Shown here in pieces: positions 55,209-64,000 of a stretch of 64,000 nucleotides of DNA. Every line of letters starts with the position of its first letter. The first letter of the stretch is position 1. The stretch is from the human T2T-CHM13v2.0 reference genome, Homo sapiens. The translations under genes and the position numbers were made by a program. The notes under the pieces were generated by a model. It did no database searches and had not been told where the DNA came from. It saw only the letters and a list, made by a program, of their open reading frames with translations. The DNA lies in the NCBI RefSeq assembly GCF_009914755.1, contig NC_060931.1; one strand, given 5' to 3'.

Positions 55209-58200
55209 AAATTTTTGTATTAGGAAGATGAAAAGTCTCCAATCAATTACTTAAATTTGTACATAAGGAAAGTAGAAAATATAAATAAACAAAAATGAAA
55301 TAAGTACAAAAATTAATAATATAGAAAGCTAAAAAAATGAAAAAAAAAGAAAGCATTGAAACCGAAACTAGTTTCTTGGAAAGATCAATAAAATTGATAT
55401 AAAAATAAACTAACCAGGAGACAAAAAGAGATGGAGGCAAATAAACAAGATATCACTTCAGATCTTAGGGACACCATATAGATTATAAAAAGGGAAACTG
55501 CAAGGTGTTTTAAAATAGTTGCAACACATAATCTAAAAAAGAGTCATACTAATAATATGTAGAGAAAACTTCTACAAATTAAGAAGAAAAGTCACAGGTC
55601 AGACAGAATAGTCAGGGACACGCCTGGACCAAAATTTCCAAATTGGGCATCTAAATGGTGACAACACAAGAAAATACACCCAAGCATCTTTCTAATGAGG
55701 GAAATTCCTATGAAAATATCAATGTGATATCACTGCAGTCACCTACATAACTATAATTTTAAAAATATTTGTCAAAACGTGGATTAATAGGACATCTCCT
55801 ATACTGGTGTGCATATAAATCAATAATGTCACTTTGGGAAAAGTTTAATATTATGTATTAAATATTAAAATAATGTCCCCAAATTTTCCCATCTAGGTTT
55901 TTACCCAAGGGCAAGGCACACTCCTAAGGAATATGTACAGAAATATTCAATGCAGCATTATTCATATAACCACCAAAAATGGAAATAATAAAAATATCCA
56001 TTAGCAAGAGAGTGAATAAATAATCTACAAATACAATGATATTCTAGATAACAGAAAATATTCACAAGCTGCAGCTATCAAAAACAGCATAAATGGATCT
56101 CAAATGGAATTTTGACCAAAGAGGAGGGTCAAAAAATAACATTATGAGTATACAAAATTAACCAAAACTAGGATACTTCTATATGTACGGTTAGGTGATA
56201 ATACAATAAAAATGCAAGAGGGTACTAACCACAAATATTAGAATAGTGATTACCTTTAGGTGAGGGAGAGGATAGTCTTGAGAGTGCTGGTGATGTCCTA
56301 TTTCTTTATTCAGGCAGAGTTTATGTTTCAATAAATTGTTGAGTTGTACATGATGGTTTTTACACTTAAAAGAAAAAAATGTATTAGTTAGAATGTAAGA
56401 GTTTCATAACATACCCCATGACAGAACCAATAAAACAGCTACTTCAGATATGTCATTGTAAATTATTCTCAAAGAATCATCTCACTCACAACATTCATTA
56501 TACACTATCAGTTCATAAACATATATAGAAATAAGTAAAACCACATTGTAAAAATTATAAAAAATTATAGAGAGATATGTACCATTCCTTGAATAAGAAG
56601 TTTTAAGGTAGTAAAAATATTGATTCACTACAAAAGAGCTTTAATTTTATTGTTTCATTCAAAACTCCAGCATTGGTTTCTTCTTGGATTTAAAAAAAAA
56701 AATCACTAGGTTCAATATTTATTTACCTAAAATAATACCTACATGAGACTACCCACAAAAATGATAAAAACTGAAAGTAATAATGGAGATTTGCCAGTCA
56801 AATATATATACATATTTTAATGTGTCACAGTTTTAAGTGTGGCGCTGAAGAAGGTATATATTGATAGAAACCATTGCAACTTTATGTTTAATTTTAATGT
56901 AAAAAATAATATACTTCACATCAATAGGAAAATCATTATTTAGTAAATGATATTGTAGAGATTAATTAGTTAACTCTTTGGAAAAGAAAAGAATGCCTAC
57001 CATATACCCAGATACATTTGACCCGACTAATAGGTTTACATTTAAACCATGAACTTTACCTTCAAATTGGTTAGACTATCTATTAGGAGGCAAATATTCA
57101 TGCTTAACAAAATTAGTAGAGCAAGTTAAATAGAGAAATGATGTGTATGAAGTCAGTGAAGAATTGCTAAAGCAATGAGAGCTCCAGGGCCTTGGAATCT
57201 AGACTCAAGCACCTCTGAATGTGAGTGGGCCTTTGACAGCTCATTTTGCATGTGGGCATTTGTTAATGCTTAGCAAGAATAAAACTGCACGAGTTGAGAC
57301 CACCAATGGGGAGGGGAGGCTTGAAATATTTGGCAAGTTCACTTCCTCTCCAGGACATTTGCTGAGTACCGAAACTGCATGGAGTTTGAGATTAATAACT
57401 TAAACAGAAAGCTACTGGAAAGAAGATCAGAGATCTTTGAGGGTGAGACTGAAAATAGTGATTAAGTCATGACAGTGAAGGAAAGGGGGATAGTCAGTTG
57501 GCTAAAAACTCCACAGGGCAAGAGTAGACACATTAGGGTGACAGCCTTGCCTTGATTTAGCCCAGTCTCATTATATCAAGATAAACAGATGTGATTCTTT
57601 CTCACCAGGAAGGGAAGAATGAATGAATCCTTGCTAGAGAAAAATAATTTCATCAGGGCAATCTCTATTTTGTACATGCTTTGTCTGGCATTTAATGAAA
57701 AAATATCATAAACCTATGATAAAACTTTATTCCCAAGAGCAAAGAAAAAAAAAAAATAGCAACACTTTTGCAGGTGTTCCAGAAATTGGCTTTAACTGGG
57801 AAAAAAAATTTTAATAGAAACTATGATTAATAGATTCAAGAAAAACAGGCAAAAAATCTGTGAAAAATAGATTAAATGGAGAATTTTATGGGTAATGGGG
57901 AAATCTATATAATTGAAATGATCAAATGAAAATTCTAAGACTGATAATGTATTTTAAATTAAAGAATCATTAGATTATTTTGATAGAATGCGGAATACAC
58001 TAAAAGGCAGTTTGTGTGAAGTGGTATAAATGTTCCATAAAAAATAGTCCAACTGAAGTGAATTACTAAAAATAGAATATACAGAAAAGACAATTAGAAC
58101 TATGTAGAATTTATAAGAAATTTCTAAAGTCAACTTAATTGGAGACCTAGATGGAAATGAGAAAAAATGAAGCAGAATAATATTCAAAATGGTAATAATT

Positions 58201-60319
58201 GAGAATTTCACAAAAATCTTGGAAGACATTTAACTATGAGAAAAAGAATCTCTTCATACCAAACAAGATAATTACATAGAAAATTACCTTGGACACATCA
58301 TAGTAATATTGGTGAAAAATAAAAGACAAAAAGAAAATCATGAAAACAACCAGAGAAATAAAGGCACACCACCTATAATGGAAGGAAATCCTATGCTATA
58401 TTTCTTACCAAGAAAAAAGACAACAAAACTAAAGCCAAAGGCAATGGAATGACATCTTCAAAGGATTGAAAGAATTTATCTGCCAACCCATAACTCTACA
58501 CCCAGAAAAAATATTTGAAAAGTAAAAGTTAAATAAAGATATTTGTTTAAGTGACATAGAAAAAATATTTTTATTAGCCTATAACATGTCAAGAGTGAAT
58601 TGTCTGATCTCTAAAGTATACCTTAAAACAAAATAATGTAGAACTAGCAACATAAGAGAGAGAAAATTCAATTACACGACATACTTGATTAACCATAGAA
58701 AGGGCACAGACAGAGGGAAAAAAAGCAGGAAGTCAGATAGAAAACAAAAACATAATGACAATAATAAACATGCCCAAATATAAGTAATTGCCAGATTGTT
58801 ATGATCTGGCAAGGATAGAATTATGGGATCCCCTGTAAGCCTTTGCTATCTTAAATGGGCATGGTAATACAGTTCTTTTTTCCTAGGGTGATGTCAGAGG
58901 AGTCTATAGGGTAAAGAGTCAGATTTTAACCACTGCCCGGTAGAAATGATACCTCCACTTTGATGTCAGTAGAGGCCAAAAGGAAACCATTGTGATGCAC
59001 TCACTACCTCGGACAGTAATGAAGTGGCATCCCTCCTCATTCCCCTGGTGGAGTGGTATCAGAGGAAGCCAGCTAAAACCGATGGTTTAAACAAGGTCCA
59101 GAATCACCTACCATAATATCCCAATCCCCAGGTTTTAATTTAAAAAAAAATTCATCATACTGAGAAACAGGAAGATAAAAAGTTAAGTGAAGAAAAGATG
59201 ATCAATAAATGCCAACTGAGTTGACAGAGATGTTAGAATTATGTCAGATATTTCTAACATTTTATATTAGCCATTATAAAATGCTTCAACAAATTAATAC
59301 AAACATGCTTGTAATAAATGAGAAAAATGGACAGCATCGGCTAAGACAGAAAGCTCAACAACAACAACAAAAAACTATAAAGAAGAACCCATCAGAACCT
59401 TTAGAACTGAAAAATATAATAAATAAAAATGTATAGATAAACTCAAAACAAAATTTAGATGCAAAGGAAAGAATCTGTAAACCTGAAAATAAAACAATAG
59501 AAAAAATCCAGTCAGGATGGCAGAGAGAAAACAGACTGGAATAAAATGATGAACAGAGCCTCAAGAACCTACATAACTATAAAACATATTTAACATTTGT
59601 TGCATCCTAGTGAAGAAAGGAGAAAAGAAAGAGTGTGGAGCTGAAAAAGTACTTAGAAAAGTAGTGGCTGAAATTTTTCAAAATTTGGTAAAAGACATAA
59701 TTCAAGAAGCAAGGAAAACTACAAAATGATATTTAAACTTCTGGAAACTAAAGACAAAAAAATTTTTTTTGAGAGCAGTGAGAGAGAGAAAAACAACACC
59801 ATACCTGTGAATAACAAATAATTAGAATGACAGCAGAGTTCCCATTAGAAACCACAGAAGCCAGAGGGAAGTTGCACAACATTTTTCAAGTGTTGAGAGA
59901 AAAGCTTGGTCAACTCAGTATCTTATATCCACTGAAAATAGCCTTCAGAAATGAAGGGGAAAACCAAGACATACTCAGGTAAAAAGTGGATAAAAGAATT
60001 TGTCACCAGCAGACTTACTCTACGAGAATAGCTAAGGGAAGTTCTCTAAACAGAAAGAAAATGATAAAACAAGTAACCCTAGAACATCTGGACAAAGAAA
60101 GAATGTGGTTGGATAAACTAATCTAATAGACTCTCTCCTTTTCCTCTTGAGTTTTCTAAATAATGTGTGATATTGCAGCAAAAGTTATACCTCTGATATA
60201 TGAAATATACCAGATAATATATGTGTAAAAATATGAGACAATTCCATTGTAAACTGGGGAAGCTAAGGTGGCACAAAAGGAGGGATGATTTCTGTATTCA
60301 CTCAAATTTATAAAGTATC

Positions 60320-60428
60320 CTTTGGGAGGTTGAGGTAGGAGGATCGCTTGAGGCCAGGGGTTTGAGACCAGCCTGGGCAACATAATGAGATCCTTATCTC
60401 TATAAAAATATTATTTTTTAAAAAAATT
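60320..60428 (+). mobile_element. Alu left monomer (FLAM or AluJ fragment)
   Basis: 'ctttgggaggttgaggtaggaggatcgcttgaggccagg...cctgggcaacata'. Confidence 0.88.
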
Positions 60429-61490
60429 AAAGTTTTAACACATGTAGACTGCGGTAAGTTATGTGTGTATAATGAAATACCTAGAGCCATCACTAAAAAA
60501 CCTGCATAAAGAGGTATGCTGAGAAACACTATTGATAAATCAAAATTAAATTCTAAAAAAGGTTTTAAGCAACTAACTAAGGAGCATAAAAGCAGAAAAA
60601 AAATAAAAAGCAGATAGGAAAAACAGAAAACAAAGAAGTAAACGGCAGACATAAGCCCTTATCTATCAGTGATTACTGATATTATGATAACAAAGATTAT
60701 AAAATATAAATGGCCTAAATGTACCAATTGAAAGACATTAATTGCACTGGATTATAAATCATGACCTAACTATGTGCTATCTATAAGAAATTCACCTCAA
60801 ATACAATGCTATATGCAGACTGAAAGTAAAACGATGGAAAGGTGTATTATGCAAACATTAACCAAAATAGAGCAAGGGTAACATGATATCAAGTACAGCA
60901 GATATATCCAAAACAAATAAAATTACCATAAGCAGAGAGAGATATTATATATACAAAAATATATAAACAGGGATCAAATTATATAAAAATTATATAAATA
61001 TTCAATTCATCTGGAAGTCTTAGTAATCCTAAATGTACATGTGACTAAGAACAGGGCTTAAAACACACAAAGCAAAACCTGATAAAACTGCAAGGAGAAA
61101 CGACAAATCCACAATTATTTTTGAAAACTTTGACAACTTTCCCCCAGTTGTTGATAAAACAACTGGAAAGAAATTACCAAGTATGCATAAGAACTCAATG
61201 ACATTATCTCAACAAGCGTATCTAATTGACACTTACAAACACTCCACCCAATAACAGTAAAATACATTCTTTTCAAGAGTTCACAAAACATAAGCCAAGT
61301 TACACTATATTGTGAGCCATAAAACAAACTTCAACAAATTTAAAATAACTGAGATCATACAGATTGTTTTCTAATCACAATAGAACTGAATTAGACATCA
61401 ATTATTTTGAGGTTAGGAAAATTTCCAAACACTCGGGAACTCAGGAACAAACAAATAACCCAGGGGTTAAAAAGGAAATCTGGAAGCAAG

Positions 61491-61977
61491 TGTCAAAAAC
61501 TGTGAAGAGTTTGAGATACTACCCTAATTAAAAAGCTCACGGAAGTGTTTTGCTCTTTCATGGATACTAACAGAAAAGGAACAAACAAGAGTGTCAGACA
61601 AGGACAGATTCTCTCAGCATGGCAAGCACTGTGAGCATCTAGGATGTATTCATTCCCTTTGTCCTCTAAGTCCCATAGGATGACGCAGCAGCCCAGGTTG
61701 ATGCTGTGCATGATGCGGGTGTAGATCAGAGCTGAGTAGCCCTAAGGTTAGGGAACTTGAATATTTTGCAGGGGTTGAAAGCAAACCTACCCCTTGCCTT
61801 GGAGGGAGGCATTATCTTTATTAGACTAGAGAGCAAACGCACCTCTGGAGCAATAGGATCTCTAGATTTTATGGCTGTTCGCTATTTAAATATACGTGAA
61901 TACCTAGTCTAAAACAAAGGGGCTTACTTACAAGATGTATAGGAATATAAGAGATCCAAGGCAAATTTTACCTAACA
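61491..61977 (-). mobile_element. ERVL LTR, MER74-like
   Basis: 'tgtcaaaaactgtgaagagtttgagat..taccct', 'ggctgttcgctat', 'aacaaagg...caagatgt'; TG...CA termini. Confidence 0.75.
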
Positions 61978-62471
61978 GAGGAACCATCACCACTTACATA
62001 AAACATTGCACTAGATGTTTTAGTGACCACAAAGGGTTAAAGTAAACAAATGACAATCTTTGCATAGGAAAGCAAAATTATTAGTGTATGACATGATTGT
62101 GAACATATAGAATCTGATGAATATGTATACATATTAGATTTGAGTAAATTTAGCAAGATAGCTGGATTTAAAGTCAATGTGCCAAAATCAATTTTATTTT
62201 TATATTCTCATTACCATTAAATAGAAATGAAGCTGAAAATATAACACCATTTAAAATAGCATTGAAAAGATCAAATATCTAAGGACAAATCTGATAAAAT
62301 ATGTGAAAGTCCTCTATAATAAAAATGACAAATAAAAACAACACACAACACAATAGTGGGGAATATAAAAAGAACAACATATACCATGATTATACTTCGG
62401 AAAACTTAGTATTGCAAAAATGTCAATTTTACCCAGATGGATTTAAAGATTCAACACAGTTCCAAAAAAAA

Positions 62472-62473
<2 letters not shown>

Positions 62474-62511
<38 letters not shown>
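62474..62511. repeat. (TG)19 microsatellite
   Basis: Perfect dinucleotide run. Confidence 0.97.
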
Positions 62512-62514
<3 letters not shown>

Positions 62515-63012
62515 TGTAAAATGTACATGGAGTTTCTAATTCTCAAGATAGCCAAGGAAACTTAGGAAAAAAAAAAAAACAAAGACAGAGAGTTTACACT
62601 AGCAGATATCAGGACTTGTTACTAGACTACAGTAATTAGGATAATTTAGCTTTGTTGCAAACATAAACCCACAGCAGTAAAAAAGAAAAGAACATTCATA
62701 TACTGTAATTATGACAAAGGCATCCCTGAAGTTACAGTAAGTGGGGAAAGAAGATATTTTCATTGAAAGTTGAGTTTATTGAATATGAAAAAATGAACCT
62801 TAACCCTTAGCTCACAATATAAACAAAAACCAATTTTAGGTGTATTGTGCCTTGTAAAATAATATGACTATAATAAGAAAACATAGAAGAACATTTTCCT
62901 GAACTTGTGGTAGCAAAATATTTCTGAAACAAGAACACAAATACGTTGATCGAAAGAAAATAATAAGTTGGATTGCCTTAAAATTAAGAACTTCTGTTCA
63001 GCAAAAGACACC

Positions 63013-63550
63013 TGGCGGGGATGAAAAAGGTAAGGGCAGACCCCTCAAGCCCTTACTATCCCCATGAGGATACCTGAGGCAGTGTTGACTTCCCTCAGAT
63101 CTCTTTATAAACAAGACAACTGTTATTTGTTAGCAGCAGGATAACCCGTGGGACTCTTAACCCAAACTATTTTAGCAAGATATACTTCTCGGTCTAGAGT
63201 GTTGTAAATAAACCTGAATTTGTGGATCTAAGAATTACATGTGGGTGGATGTACTCATCTCAACTCTCCTGTCTCCTTCCTCCTCTGAGCTGGTGTGCAC
63301 CACACATATTATTAGTCTTTTGTTAGAATAACCAGAACTAGTTCTTTGGTTCTATAAAAATGCACAATAAAATGTGCCTTTAAAAATAAAAGGGGCGATT
63401 AGGAAAAGGTGGTGAGCCTCTGTTAGAGAGGGTTGCTACAGCTGCATGTGCTTTTTACTTGAATCCAGGAAACCATTAAGCAATTTTTGTTAGGTGAGAT
63501 GTCTGATCTGTATGAATCTTTTTTGACAGTTCAACCCTTTGGATAATACA
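63013..63550 (+). mobile_element. Solo LTR of unassigned family inserted in L1M
   Basis: TG...CA termini with 4-bp duplication cacc (63009-63012 and 63551-63554); L1 sequence resumes on both sides; TATAAAA and AATAAA motifs at about 63353-63371. Strand is tentative. Confidence 0.65.
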
Positions 63551-63699
63551 CACCACTAAAAGAGTATGAAACAGAGCAAGATAAGATATTTGTAATACAT
63601 ATACCTGAAATGTACTAGTATCCAAAATATATGAGGTATAGAAAGTATGGCTACAAATCAATAAAAAAAAAGTCCATTAGCCCAATTTAAAAAGTGGGA

Positions 63700-63998
63700 A
63701 AATGGTATTTCTAGTTCTACATCCTTGAGGAATCACCACACTGTCTTCTACAATGGTTAAACTAATTTACACTCCTACCAACAGTATAAAAGTGTTCCTA
63801 TTTCTCTACATTCTTGCCTGCATCTGTTGTTTCCTGACTTTTTAATGATCATCATTCTAACTGGAGTGAGATGGTATCTCATTGTGGTTTTGATTTGCAT
63901 TTCTCTAATGACCAGTGATGATGAGCTTTTTTTTCATATGTTTGTTGGCCGCATAAATGACTTCTTTTGAAAAGTGTCTGTTCATATCCTTCGCCCCC
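63700..63998 (-). mobile_element. Younger primate L1 (L1PA6-8-like) ORF2 segment, continuing past the window end
   Basis: 'aatggtatttctagttcta.atccttgaggaatcaccacactgtcttc.acaatggtt' closely resembles L1PA; no 3'UTR or poly-T at its left end. Confidence 0.9.
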
Positions 63999-64000
63999 TT

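Overview
Primate (most likely human) AT-rich, repeat-dense genomic DNA, either intergenic or deep intronic. I recognise no protein-coding gene, RNA gene, CpG island or CRISPR-like array. Well over half of the window is transposon-derived: ten full-length Alus plus two monomers, a near full-length L1PA15/16-type LINE on the minus strand (8.8-16.2 kb), a nested block of old L1M elements (49.8-63.7 kb), L2 and MIR relics, two hAT MITEs, and many LTRs (LTR9, LTR39, MER9, MER67, MER74, MSTA, MSTC, MLT1, MLT2 and one I cannot assign). Repeat families were recognised from memory of consensus sequences, not by a database search, so subfamily names and the edges of old repeats are approximate. I found no convincing new biological system. 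The best leads are: (1) an LTR9 solo LTR with intact Oct-Sox and YY1 motifs, about 480 bp upstream of a CpG-rich 97-bp candidate exon, suggesting an LTR-driven lncRNA; (2) a candidate minus-strand exon at 33225-33345; (3) two unique-sequence clusters of developmental transcription-factor motifs at about 33.4 kb and 36.3 kb; (4) a perfect 21-bp duplication of an E-box plus homeodomain module; (5) an unassigned 538-bp LTR and a probable twin-primed L1 inversion at the window end.
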